From Octopus sinensis (taxonomy: Eukaryota), in assembly GCF_006345805.1 (NCBI RefSeq), contig NC_043002.1, positions 15,066,001-15,130,000 on the forward strand: 64,000 nt of DNA, in the 5' to 3' direction. The translations under genes and the position numbers were made by a program. The stretch's first letter is position 1; the number at the start of each line of letters is the position of its first letter. Positions 49,981-63,788 of the stretch are shown piece by piece. The notes under the pieces were generated by a model. That model did not search any database, was not told the DNA's origin, and saw only the letters and a list, made by a program, of their open reading frames with translations.

Positions 49981-52362
49981 GACGTATTTCAAAGCTACCG
50001 CTGTAAATCTGGGAGAGATAAAATATTGCCATCGCACCGACAAGAGAAAAGAGATCCGATGAAAACGACAACAAAGTAATAGATTCATAATAATCACATA
50101 CTTAAAAGCAAGTGATGTGTAACTGATTAGTCTAACACGGAAATTTGAAATATAAAACCAAACATAAAAGGAAATGATAAAAAAGGAACTAGCAACATTT
50201 CTATGATGGATAATATTTGAGATATGAACAAATCAACAGGCGTGGCTGTATTACTTCATTCAAAATCTGAGGAAGAAATATTGTAATTTCTACTGCTATA
50301 ACGAGGCGTTATTTGTACGTATTTAAAATTTATTTAAATACTCTTGCTATTGACTTCAACATTATTTAGGTGTAGAACTGTGGAAGGTAAATAAAATAAA
50401 AAGGTACAAAAACGATGATTAAGAATGCTAAAACATGAATGAAATGCGTATGACAACACTGAACGTCGCAACATGATAAAGCGTACCGGGATCAAAACGA
50501 TAATATGGACTTGTTTACTGCGTGTAGCATTAAGGCTATCAATCTCGAAGCAAGGATATAATAAAGAAAGGAGGATAAACATACAATGTGGCAGAGAACG
50601 GTAAGTATCTGAACAATATGTGATCGGTGGGAAGAAACTACTTGTCATATTTGCCCTGGTTGCAGGATCTTACCCTTTAATGAATTACATAGAAACATGC
50701 AAGCAAGAGAACGAATATTGTTAATTTTATAAATCTGGGTAAGTATAGGACAATCTATTACACATTGAAATGTTCAAGACAAGTTATTACATCTGGTAAA
50801 GTATAGAACAAGAAAATCTTTACTTAAAATAGTGCAGCTAAGGATAAAAGTTCTAATAAAGTAGATTTAGAAAATATTAGCTTTTATGAAAACTAAAACT
50901 GTTATTACAAGTTATTACTTCTAGTCGTTATTACTTGTTACATTTCTTAAAAATAAAAATGAATCAATTAAAATATTTTTTGCACATTAAAATATTAATT
51001 TTTGAAATTATTAATTAAAACAGGTTATAAAAAAATAATACTCGTACATAATTAGTACAATAAATCAAATAATGCAAACATTAGTTATATATTAAAGTAA
51101 AATCTACCTATAACAACAAATTCACAGTAAAATTTGCTTCAGTTATTGCCAAGTCTTCACATTTTTAGTCTTGTACAATGCCTATATTTTATATAATGAA
51201 TTTGCTTCCTATATATACTATTCTATTTAGCTGTACTGGTACTTTTGGTTCTCATTTTTAAAATTATTCTAGTGTGTCAATAATTTAAGAAAATGATGGA
51301 ACATTTTTTAATTGAAATGTTTCTTTGTTAATTAAAAGCAAATACATTTTAATATTCAAATTTTAACCATAGCTGCAATAAATTAAGTTAAAATATCTTG
51401 TCCTGTACTTTACCAGCTGTAATAAATTGAACTGCTCCAAGTGTAATAACTCATCCTGTACCTTTCCAGATTTATAATCTTACGAATATTATTTCTCTTG
51501 CTTGCATATTTCCATGTAATTCTTGTTTTTCCAGGCTTTGCTATTACACTGGTCAATAACGTGTCAAATGTGTCAATTAGCGGTGTCATTGATAACCTTT
51601 TCTTTACCTTACTAATGCCGGTTACAAATAATATACGTCCCCTAGAACTATATACTCAAAAGAGTATAGAACTATATTATCATTATCAAATTTGAGAACA
51701 AACACGCAAAACATTTTTCTTTTAAGATTTCACTGCATGATATTGATACCATGAAATTTCCTGAATTGAGCACTATTATTTAAGCTTAATTAAAACAAAG
51801 GTTGTTCATAAAATAAAAAAAAAACAAGTTAATTATACTTGCATCCAATTTTTGCCTTACTTATAATTGTTTCATTATATATTACATCAGAAATTTCTTG
51901 ATATAAATTTTTGTTGTATGTGACCATAGCTATGAAATTCTTTATGATTTCATCTATCATTGAAGCTAAGATAAATATATTTTCCTTTTAAAACAAAAAA
52001 AAATTGTCATTTAGATCTAAATTTGATTTGAGGCGTTACATACTATCTTATAACGTTGCTACAAATTGTATGTAAATTTCTTTTCTACTGGACCAAATCT
52101 CAGTCTTTTAAGCCAAACCGTATGTAGGGACGGGACCTCTTCAAAAATGTTAACGGATTTCCATTTGGTTAAGAACTGAGTTAGCGACAAGCTCTAAAAT
52201 ATGCTGCGTGTGAGTAAATTGCGTCCTTAAGAATATTATTCAGCTACTACCGTAGTTGACTGATGCAGCTACTGGCTTCAAGTTTTGAAACCCTCACGGG
52301 TAAATTGCTGTGAAAGAGCTTAGCAAAACAAATCAGTTTCTAAACACATCACTCTCAAATTA

Positions 52363-52562
52363 TTTTACTTGTTTCAGTGATTTAACTGAGGCCATGCTGG
52401 AGTGCCACTACCTTTAGTCGAACAAATCCACCCAAGGACTTTGTAAGCCTAGTACATACATACTCTATGGCTCTGATATGCCGAACCGCTAAGTTACAGA
52501 GACGTAATAACACCAAAACCGTTTGTCAAGCGATGGAGTGCGGACAAACACAGACACACACC

Positions 52563-52617
<55 letters not shown>

Positions 52618-52752
52618 CTACGGGCTTCTCGCAGACTCCGTAAACCGAATCCAGTCGCAATTCACTCAGAAAACAGTAGCCGACGTTGTAACGCAGTGGG
52701 ACTGAACCTGGAATCATGAGGTTGGGAAGTCAGCTTCTTACCACACAGCCAT
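52363..52752 (-). mobile_element. SINE family C
   Basis: GAGGCCATGCTGGAG tail, internal (TA)n, CGCAGTGGGACTGAACC head. Confidence 0.8.
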
Positions 52753-53661
52753 TCTTGGGTGGGGAATTTTCTTTTACTGTAAAGGTATGGAAATAGAGAT
52801 ACCAGGAATTAGAAATTGAAGAGAGAAGCAACTGTGGAAATATTACTTTCAAAGCAATAACAAATCGAAGTCCGCAAGGAAAAAGTTACATAGACGAATA
52901 ACAATGATACTTGATACTACTAAATAAATACAAAGCTCTATATAATCTATTATCAAAAAATCTTTATTAATGTGTATAGTAGCCAAGAAATGAACGAAAA
53001 TAATAGTAGAAAATACAGTGTCCACAGGTATACGAATATAGAGGAATGTATGAAAAATATCTCATTACATTATTTTAATAAACCTGCCGTGTATTGCTAA
53101 TAAAAATTAAATAATTTGAACGTGTTATTAAGAATTGATACAGGAATTTCATTTCGTATTTAATATTTTCCTTGTCTAGGAAACTTGCCTGGCAGCTAGC
53201 AATATCCACATGACTAATATTTATCTTAGTGGCCTAATACAATAAACAAAATCAAAAAGAATATGATCGTTTAAAATATTACACGTTGTATAAACATGTA
53301 GTCGATCAACTTTCTTCTCAGCAGGCTACTTAACATTTTAGAATGTTCCTTTCATTATTACATCGCTCCGTAAATATCTTACATCCACTTACTTTATGAA
53401 CGCATGGTAATTCAAAACCCTGAAAAAGTTTTACCTTGTTTTTTTTTATATAGCAAGAAATGTATTTATCTGTCATAATCCGGATATTCTTATTTCAGTA
53501 CCTGTCGAAATAAATATGCAGATTAGATTATTTCTATAATAAGTAAAGGAATATATTTAAAATATTATCATTTCAATAAACGAATGTGTTTCTCTATAAG
53601 TAGTTGGAAACACTTTTCTAAAAACAGCGCATGTTGTCTTTCGTTCAGCGGTTCAAGTTTT

Positions 53662-54076
53662 GGATCTCTCCGGTTTGAACGGCAGTTTTTTCTAGCGGTG
53701 TCATATTGAATTGTCACCCAGAATTATGACCCTGTTATTGATCTATTGAATTTCAATCTGTTTTAGGGTTAGGGTTAAGGTTGGGGGAAGGGTATCTTTT
53801 TTTCTTCAGAAATGTAAATATACCCAAGCTGTTTCTTAAACGAGGGACATATTCATACAACACAGAGTGTCTTCACCTTAATAGACGTCATTGATTGGTT
53901 GAAATTGCAGAAATTTAAGAAAAACAACAACAAATATCTTACAAACTATAGCATTTTCTCAATAAAGCCAAGAGAAAAAGATGCTTTATAAACACATTCT
54001 ACCAGTATACGAAGTTTAAATGTGATTAGTTGCGTGGAAATTATTTTAAAAACTGCCGTTCAAACCGAAAAGATCC
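53662..54076. mobile_element. MITE with about 29-bp TIRs and apparent 7-bp TSD
   Basis: GGATCTCTCCGGTTTGAACGGCAGTTTTT ... AAAAACTGCCGTTCAAACCGAAAAGATCC; AAGTTTT on both flanks; internal TTAGGGTTAGGG. Confidence 0.75.
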
Positions 54077-54125
54077 AAGTTTTCCAAAAAAATACCACTC
54101 CTGATATTTATAAATATATTTCTTA

Positions 54126-54341
54126 AAGGCGATGAGCTAACGAAATCGTTAACGCGCTGGACAAAATGCTTAGCGGTATTTCACCCGTCACTGCGTTATG
54201 AGTTCAAATTCCGCCGAGGTGGACTTTGCTTTTCATCCTCTCGAAGTCGATAGAATAAGTGCCAGTTGACCACTGGGGTCGATATGATCAACTAGCTGCC
54301 TCCCCCAAATTTCAGCCCTTGTGCCTATAGTAGAAAGGATA
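54126..54341 (+). mobile_element. SINE family D
   Basis: AAATGCTTAGCGGTATTTC...GAGTTCAAATTCCGCCGAGG...CCTTGTGCCTATAGTAGAAAGG. Confidence 0.85.
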
Positions 54342-54574
54342 TATGTATTTCTTAAATAATTACGTACCGTATCAAACAATATTTGTATAACGACTATCTG
54401 TTGTATTTTGTTCCCTATTTCAAACCCTTTTTGATGCTTGCTAGAAGTCTTACTGTTTCGACGTTCTTTCAGCAATTTTGATACAATAGTTATAATGCAT
54501 GAAAAAAAAAGCGAAAACTCAGAATTTTCTCACAGACAATTTAATCTAAAATCTTGATTTTGTTCGTTTCTTAC

Positions 54575-54915
54575 CTAGAGTAAGGAATTTCGGGGGAGAG
54601 ATAAGACGATTGCATTAACCCCCAAGTGCTCAACTGCCCGACGATGAGAGGCGGAATTTCAACTCAGACCGTATTAACGAACGAACGGAACGCTACTAAG
54701 CATTTCTCCATTTTCTACTCAAGGCACAAGTCCTAAATTTTGAGGGAGGGGGCCAGTTGAGTAGATTGAACTCAGTATGCAACTGGTACTTAATTATCGA
54801 CCTCGAAAGGATCAAAGGCAACGTCGACAGCGGTGGAATTTGAAATCAGGACGAAAAGACAGACGAAATACTGCAAAGCATTTCGCCAGGCGTGCTAACA
54901 ATTCTGCTAGCTCGT
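54575..54915 (-). mobile_element. Two adjacent reverse copies of SINE family D
   Basis: Clear copy at about 54712-54915 and an eroded copy at about 54575-54705. Confidence 0.65.
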
Positions 54916-55519
54916 TTTCTTTACGTAGAGTAATACTAATAAATATAGGTGATAATTGTATTTAAAAAATATCCTTTATCGGAAGTAGTTTCGTGTTAAA
55001 CTTTTAGATTTTGTTGTGTAACGAAATTCCTTTTTGAAGTGACATTTCGATTTTATGATGTTGCATCTAACGGAACGAGGCAAACCAGCAATAATTAAAT
55101 ATTCTCCCAGACAAGATAACATTGGAAAGCTTCTCTATATATGCCTAGCTACACGATTTAATCTCCTGCTAGAAAAAAGGTTTCATATTCGAATGTAACT
55201 TAACTTATTTTATAAATATCAATTTAAATATAGACTGGAAATTTAGCATTTAAAAACTGCCATCTAAATATGGCAGTAGCCTATGGATTATTAACTTAGA
55301 AATATTAAATATGTATAATATTGCTCATAAAATACGTTTAATACTAAGGAATCGTAGTCATGGTTGTTATGGAATGTGATTAACATTTTGTCTTCCTTGA
55401 TAGAACTTGTTCTACTGAAAATATAACAATCTGTGAGTATCGACTTACGCTTTAGGCAAAACAATCCCCACGTTCATTTTCGGACGGAGTCATACTAAAT
55501 GCCAATGATCACAGTTAGG

Positions 55520-55839
55520 GGATCTTTTCGCTTTGACCGGCAGCTTTTTTTAAATAATTTCTTTGTAACTAAACACTTTTCAACTTCGTATACTGGTAGT
55601 ATGACACCGCCAGAAAATGTTACGGCAGAAATTGTATTCAGCTCAATAGACGTCATTGATTGGTTGAAATTGATGAAATGCAATAAATTAAAAACAAATA
55701 GTTTACAAACTACAGAATTTTCACAAGAAAATCAAGAAAAATAGATGTTTGATGTAACACACTACCAGTATACGAAGTTTAAAGTGTTTAGTTACAAAGA
55801 AATTATTTTAAAAATCTGCCGTGCAAAGTGAAACGATCC
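55520..55839. mobile_element. MITE related to 53662-54076 with about 80-bp TIRs
   Basis: GGATC...GATCC ends, long inverted arms including CTTCGTATACTGGTAGT/ACTACCAGTATACGAAG, shared AATAGACGTCATTGATTGGTTGAAATTG. Confidence 0.7.
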
Positions 55840-57499
55840 CTGTTTGGGACACCTGGAAACGTGTCACATAGGATTACCGGATCAAAAAAAGCCTTCTACA
55901 GGCCATTTCACTGAACTATAAAAGCAGGAATTCCAAATCTGAAGCTGGAATAGTAAAATTCAAATATCGTCTCAGAGGCAAAACCCATACTCTATCTTTC
56001 CTGAGTAAAAAATCACGAATCTTTAGACTTTTGGACGAAGGTTTTTGATCATAAACATCAGTCGAGATGGTACAAATAACACAGAAAATATTCAATCTCA
56101 AAAGATAATTGACAAAATGCAATAAGGTTTGACGCAGGAAGAAAACGACGATGACGACGGTGATGGTGATTACTGAACCAGCCATACGTGTTCAAATGAA
56201 GATAAAGATACAACGAAGAGCAAAATGCAAATATGATATGGGTGCATGTGTGATGTTTGAAGAATCTGTTGACAAAATGAAGTAGCAATAATATTCCAAA
56301 TAAAAATTTCTCTAAAACAATTATAATTAGTGATCGCCATTCAATATCAATGTTTCTCAATCTCAAGGGTAAATACACTCATCACAATCCTATTCCCGAT
56401 ACACAGGAGCCTGCTCATAGTCCTTTTTTTATGTACCATATTCATTAAACCGTCCCACCATTTAACCAATCCCAGTAATATTCTGTAATCAAATATCTTA
56501 TAAATTGGCTAAAAACAAAATTATTAATATTCAAGCATTTCAGGCTGGTCCACCAAACAACCCCTTTCGTTTTAGCAATGACACGACACTGAAGAATACC
56601 ACGTGGTGTCGATAACGAAGGATGCACATTAATATGTTCTACTAATTAGAGCATATCGAGTTCGCGGGACTGGAGATGATGAAAGCAAAAGGACAACCTG
56701 AGCATTGAAAAGTGGCTCTGCTGCAGGAAGCGAAAGTTCAGATGCACCAACCTGATCGGACTACAGCCACCAGAAGGTAGGATGATCAGTCGTCATTATA
56801 TGGATATGCCACCTTTACACGAAATTTCAATGATAACATCCTTTAAGGCTATTTCGTGCGGGATAGGCCAAGCTGGTCTCAGATTCCTTACGCTTGGTTG
56901 TCAAAGCCAAGAAAACCTACTCTTAGCTTAAGAGAGAATTTACCTAACAGTTTACAGGAACCAACTTGAATTTTCAGGTACCTAAGTGTAAGTCCACCGA
57001 GTTAAAAATTTAAATTTGTTACTCTTTTCATGTTTGTCTCCATTAGACATCAAAACGATAATGTCATTATTAATTTAACCTGCGATTAGTCTACCATAAC
57101 TCTGATTTATCACGATGACTCACAACAACGCATTTATCCGCTGCTGGAGAACCAATAAGTGTAAAATACGTGATAATAAGATACCTTCACAGAGAGATAT
57201 TGCGATCTAAAACCGTTCTAATAGGAACTCACGGAGGAAATTCGAAACTGTTTTGAAGTCATGCAGTCCCTAAAGAATACTAAAACCGATTGTCTAATGA
57301 AAAGCTGCAAAGGAGGGAAGGATGAAGGTACCGTAACATTCGAGTGATCCAAGTTGTTCAGGGCTTTACGGAAGCCACTTTCATTGTTTACAATCTCTAA
57401 AACGTATCGCACAATGATGTTTTCACGATTAGACCTCGTCGGGAATGCTGGCTTCTATTCTTTTTTCACCACGTTCCCAATGACTCATGTTTACCTGTT

Positions 57500-57843
57500 C
57501 TCTTTTACTCTTTTACTTGTTTCAGTCATTTAGTCGAGCAATTCGACCCCAGGACTTATTCGTTTTAAGCATTTTGCCAAACCGGTAAGTTACGGGGATG
57601 TAAACACACAAGCATCGGTTGTTAAGAGATGTTGGAAAAACAAGCACACACACAAAGACACACACATACATATATATACACGGCGGGCTTTTCTTCAGTT
57701 TCCGTCTACAAAGTTACTCATAAGGCTATTGTCGGCCCGAGGCTATAGTAGAAGACTCTTGCCCAAGGTGCCACGCAGTGGGATTGAGTCCGGAACCATG
57801 TTGTTGGTAAGCAAGCTACCTACCACACAGCCACTCCTACGCC
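57500..57843 (-). mobile_element. SINE family C
   Basis: Match to 14548-14945 in reverse, with a small tail deletion. Confidence 0.85.
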
Positions 57844-57929
57844 TAAGGTAATACAGCTTGGCGTTTTGCTCAGAGTACTAAAAATTATGCCTGCTAGCTG
57901 CTAGCATTGTGGCTATATCCTGATTTCAA

Positions 57930-58050
57930 TGTCTAAAATAAGGCCAGGGGATAAATTGATTGCATCTGGTATTTATCTTATCGCCTTCGAAAAAAATGTA
58001 AGGCAAAATCAATATCCGCGGACATTCAGCTCAGAACACGAAGACGCACG
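57930..58050 (-). mobile_element. SINE family D fragment
   Basis: AAGGCAAAATCAATATCCGCGGACATTCAGCTCAGAAC...ACGAAATA. Confidence 0.5.
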
Positions 58051-60376
58051 AAATATTGTGTGTGTATATTAAAACCTAGATTTGTCGGAGACGTGTCGAT
58101 TAATCTTCTTTTATCGTGTACTCTCTCAGCGTACCCGTACCTTGTTTACAGAACAGGGAATATGCCCATTTACTGCCAGTTCCAGAAGACGCCAGTAAAT
58201 CTTTCTGGGATCTATGTTATATAACACACAAAAACTACAAATCCCACGCGACTGGCATCTGTACAACACTTACTGCTGGGTGCAGCTTTTCACATCGATT
58301 TCTCATTTCCACACCTCTCACATAATTCGAGGAAACGTCATTGACATTTTACACACTCGGTATCGAGGAAATAACAAATCGTTGCAAAGTTGTACTTCTG
58401 ATACCCAGACTGACTAAGGGCCGGAACGTGAACCTTAGCTCTGAGCGAGATAAATATCTAGACTAGGGCCATTATCATCGATAGCATCTCGAGGGCTATC
58501 TTTTTCTTCTTGGATTTTTCACTAATTTCCTCTCTAACATCCCTCTTGCTATTTCAATAGGAAACTAATTATTCGTTTCAGACAGCCACGGCACCTGTTG
58601 TTCAAAGGACCACCGCATAAGGAAACTGATTCTACCAGTGTTCGCTTAAGAGACTGATTCTGTCTGGTAGGATATACAGTCGGTTACTTAGAGAAATATT
58701 TTTATGGTGAATTATTTTAAAGATATTAGGGAAAAAAAGCTAATCACAATACGATTTGAATTTAAAATGTAATATGCAGTAATTAAAAACCACAAAACAA
58801 TTTTATCACAGCTTCAACAGGGTGATGATTAGCGCGCTGCACTTGAGATTATTAAAATTACGGGACAAATTGACACTTCTGTAGAAATACACGGTGGGGT
58901 TTATCAATCACAGAACAACACCGACACCCAACTCTTAGGGCTAAGGACTAAAAAGAAGATATATTTGCATAACTACATTAGTTTTAAATTAATATAATAG
59001 ATTTGATTAAAAAGGCAAAAACAACGTAATGTGCTATGATCATAATTTTCCAAAGCCATTATCAGCAGAAATAGATTAAGGAGACATATGCTGGCTGAAT
59101 CCCTTATTAGGGGAGGACAGTATTTTATAGTAAGGATAGCATAATTTAAAGGAAAGAAAATGATAATTTTATTAAAAACGGTAAAGTGAACGGCGACGTC
59201 AGTGCTGTCGGTCACCATGATATTAGATAGAAATGAATAAACATAGGCAGAAAATTACAATGACAATAGGTCTCCCGTTGGTTCTGCTACGATGGATTCA
59301 AACATCAAATTTCAAATATTTATCATCAGTTGAATACTACAGTATATATGCGTTTTATGCATTGTAAGTTGTTATACAGTTATTTTTCTTTGAATTCATA
59401 CATATATGGGTGTATGCGTGTATTTATGCGTATGGAGTGTATGTGTATTTGTATGAATGTTCATATAATTTCAATCATGACTGCTGCTGATTACTATTCG
59501 TAGGGATATGAAAATAAATGGAGAATGGGCTCGAATCTAAATTACAAACACTGGAGGGAATCAGATCAAAAGATATCGGGGTATTGTATTTGCCAAGTCG
59601 ACACGCATATTGTGAAAAAGCGTTTCTAGAAAATTCTCTCTATGCGCGTCTGAACAGAATTACTAATAATTACTGATTAATTATTCACGTGAATCTTAAT
59701 GGGTTTTACAATCCCCATGCAATAGAGAGCTACAAAGAGTAATATGCTTTTTTTGTTTTATTTCTGGTTGATATCAGATATTTTTCTTACGCTTGTTTTT
59801 CTTTTGTTTGTTTGTTATGTTTTTCATCATTCGGGGTATGCGAAACTAAAACAATTCTAAATGGCTGATTGCATATGTTATGTAAGGAGATCGGTTCAGA
59901 GATTTGGAGATTGTGTTTAAACAATGTTGTAGTGTTGAAACCATAGCGGAAAATTTCATGAAAAATGTATACACCGTTTCCTTTCTCCTATAAAATTAAC
60001 CACAAAATTCTGTTACATTACAGTCAGCATACAAATGTAGCATAATCAATTTGCCTAGAAATACATACGCGAAATTAAATATGAGAGAGCATATCCTAAA
60101 AAAAAAAACAAAAAAAAAACGTATCATTCTTCAGGAATTCCGCAATGCAAACATATTACCTTTCAATGAAATCTGCTTGCCTGAACACATGACTCGTACT
60201 GTAGTCATAGGTATCTTCTCCTGACACATTGTCGTCTCCATATGTCACGCTTTATATACGTTGCACTGGTAACATTTTGATACTCTCTCTTCCTCTATTT
60301 CACGCATTTGTATTTACGTACGCATGAAGGTGTTTATACGTAATTATGTGTGTACACGTGTATATGTATATATATA

Positions 60377-60487
<111 letters not shown>

Positions 60488-61813
60488 ATTGTGTGTGTAT
60501 ATTTTGATAGATATGTATATATATATAAACATAATGAATAGGGTAATAAAAACTAAATTATCATTATCAGTGGCCCAGCACAAAAGACGAATTAGTCATT
60601 AGACTATATATTATTCATATAGAAATACAATAAAGGGCTTCCAAATAAAGAAGCGTTGTGTTAGACACACAAAAGGGGATAAATTCATGAAAGGAATGAA
60701 AATTAAAAACATTTACTATCTCAGGTGGTATATATACCATGTATATATATGTGGTACGATGGGTATGTTGTGGCCATATATTTTACACACTTTGCAAAGA
60801 TATCCGTGGTCATGCTGGCTTTAGTAGGAATAATTTTGAAATATTTTGTAGATATATAATTTATACTATTATATTTGTAAACGCTTTCTATTGTGCTTCA
60901 TTTTGCACGGTGTGGCGCGAGCATAGTAGACTTGGGTATTTTTCGCGAAACATATAAGACTTTCAATGCCATCTATCTATCTATCGGAAATTGGAGATTT
61001 CTCATACATGAAAACCAGAGGTTTTGACACAAACGTGTATTGCATAACATGATTATTCATTATATGCACAGTTTATATATGTGTACGAAACGAGCACACG
61101 TTATTAACAATACACAATAATGCCAAACCACCTGCCTTACGAAAATGTAGAGATTGGGTGAGATACAATGATGCTTTATATATTAGTGTGTATGTATGTA
61201 TGTATGTATGCATGTATGCATGCCTGCATGCATGCATGTATGTATGCATGTATGGGTGGACGGATGGATAGATTGATGGACGGATGGATGTATAAGAGAT
61301 TGTACGGGTATCGTTGTGCGTAAGTGTTTGTGAATTAATGTAAAAGTACTTTAAATATTATGGTTTAAAGGTTAATGTATATACTTTTGATTTTCCAGAA
61401 AACGAATTTCTTGAATATAATTATCTGGAATCTTTAATGGTGTACACAGTCACAACTAAATTGTATCCAATCTGCTAATAATATTTGTTTATATGTTCTA
61501 CTCACTGTTGTATTCGTACATTTTAGTTGGAAGTACTCTGATATCATGAAGAGCGTTAAGTGCATTGTCATTATAAAATATCTTATTGTAATATATTCAA
61601 GTGTGTTGTATCGCATTCAAGTAGATATACAACGTATAAGTAGCTACCAAAGGCTATTAATGTTGCAGAATGATGTGTGAATGTATTGCATTTGTGTATC
61701 GAGTTCTTTTAAGAAGAATTTGCTTTGCGGAAGTAAGATGCGTTTTGATACTTTTATTGCACACTCTCGTTTCCGGTATGTTTGTCTCATATTCTATGTT
61801 TTATCATATTCTT

Positions 61814-61860
<47 letters not shown>

Positions 61861-61914
61861 AACATTTAAAGACAGGTGTGTAAAGATACGTATATATGTA
61901 GGATGATGTGTATA

Positions 61915-62201
<287 letters not shown>

Positions 62202-62203
<2 letters not shown>

Positions 62204-62800
62204 TTGCGCTGCCACGAAGGAAATTTCGTTTTTCGTAATAGAGTTACGATATTTTTGAGTGAATTTTCTCAAATCTATATTTTCCTTTTGACATTTGATA
62301 GCCGATACATTTAGCTTACTTTAGAAGCCAATTGTGTGTAATTTTGCATACTGCTGTTAGTTCAGTTTCAATTTTAACATGGAGTGCAAAAACGAGCATT
62401 TTCGTCAGATTTTTTTTTTTTTTTGTATAAAGGCTAGAATACTGCTGAGTTTCAAAAAGAGATATTTAAACTCCATGGTGTTGATTGCTTAACAGTACGC
62501 ACATGTCAGAAACGATTTTAAAAATTCTGTTCTGGAGATTTGTCGCTCAAAATTACCAATGTTCTGGTCGACCTACTGAAGTTGATGATGACAGAATCAT
62601 AGCCGTAACTGAATCTGATCATCATATAACTGAGCGACAGATTGGTGAGAGGGCATATGTACCACACAAAACAATTGGAAATAGATTTAAATGTCTTGGA
62701 ATAGTTAAGAAGCTCGATATTTGGGTTCCACGTAAAGTACTAGATGTTCACATAAGACAATGAATCAATATTTGCGATATGCAACTCACACACAATGAAA
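62202..62800 (+). mobile_element. Mariner transposon 5' half, decayed
   Basis: TA plus TIR-like TTGCGCTGCCACGAAGGAAAT; ATG at 62379 MECKNEHFRQ, then CSGRPTEVDDDRI...LGIVKKLDIWVPR (HTH and WVPHEL-like motifs). Confidence 0.8.
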
Positions 62801-62909
62801 TTGGAGGATGCACACAAAGTAAAATGGCCTTAATTGTCAAATCGCAAAGAAATCGTATGTGTGCCTGTGTATGTGTATGTGTGAGAGAATATGTGTGTCT
62901 GTGTGTTAA

Positions 62910-62954
<45 letters not shown>

Positions 62955-63715
62955 CATCTCTCTCTCTCTCTTAAGTTTTCCTTTCTCATATATATTTCTT
63001 ATTTTTTATGCCATTTTAAAATCCATTTCACGTATATTTTTACGTGATGGATTTCTTCTTTCTTTTCTAAATAATATATGCATATGTTCCTTGTTTTGGT
63101 GTATTTATTGTGTCATATGTATTTACTATTGTTATGTTAACCATAAGTATATAATAATTATCTAACTTTTGTCTCGTATTATACCAAGTTATATAATGTT
63201 TTGCGCTTCGGGTTCAACCTGAGCACTTTCAAGCAATTGTTTAAAAAGCAGTTTTGGAATTAAAAATCAACCCCCACACACACTCATATATATATAGACA
63301 AATATAAAATAAGTATAGAAGCATTAGGAGCAAAAGGCAAAAAGATGTACACGGTAAAGTTGGAAAAATGTGGTGCGTGTAACGAGTAAAGCATGGCCCT
63401 TCCTTAGAAAGAGGAGAGAGGAACGATGCAGTGAGAAGGACAAAAATCCCAAGAATTGTAAGTGTATTGTTACATGGCTATTCAGCAAAAGTACGTTTAT
63501 GGTTACGTGGCATTCCACTCTTGACCGAGGCAGACCATCACTGAGCCTTGTCTATGAAAACTGCCAGCGATGCCCATGATTGCGGTTATAGCACAAGCAA
63601 TCGGCTTCAGGTGCTTTCACCACCGCGAGTCCATTGCTCACCGCACCGGCCTCTTATACAACAGGGTATTCGCATTTACATACATACACACGTGCATACC
63701 TACATACATATATAC

Positions 63716-63788
63716 GATCACACTGATGAGCTACGGACAATTACGTAAATAATTACGTAAGTGGTAATAGCGAAACTAGTTTGTGATT
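63716..63788 (+). ncRNA. Canonical minimal type I hammerhead ribozyme
   Basis: GATCACA CTGATGA GCTA...TAGC GAAA CTAG TT TGTGATT; 6-7 bp helix I, G10.1-C11.1 pair, palindromic AAACTAGTTT, GUU site after 63781. Confidence 0.85.

Noticed and set aside
53764-53782. TTAGGG repeats as an interstitial telomere
   Set aside because: Only about three units, and they lie inside a MITE.
57233-57304. 72-nt minus-strand candidate exon with a strong acceptor and GTGAGT donor
   Set aside because: An in-frame peptide with no recognisable homology; it cannot be distinguished from a cryptic exon.
58214-58417. LYNTYCWVQ motif resembling the innexin first extracellular loop
   Set aside because: There is an in-frame stop just upstream, and the preceding cysteine motif and transmembrane segments are absent; judged coincidental.
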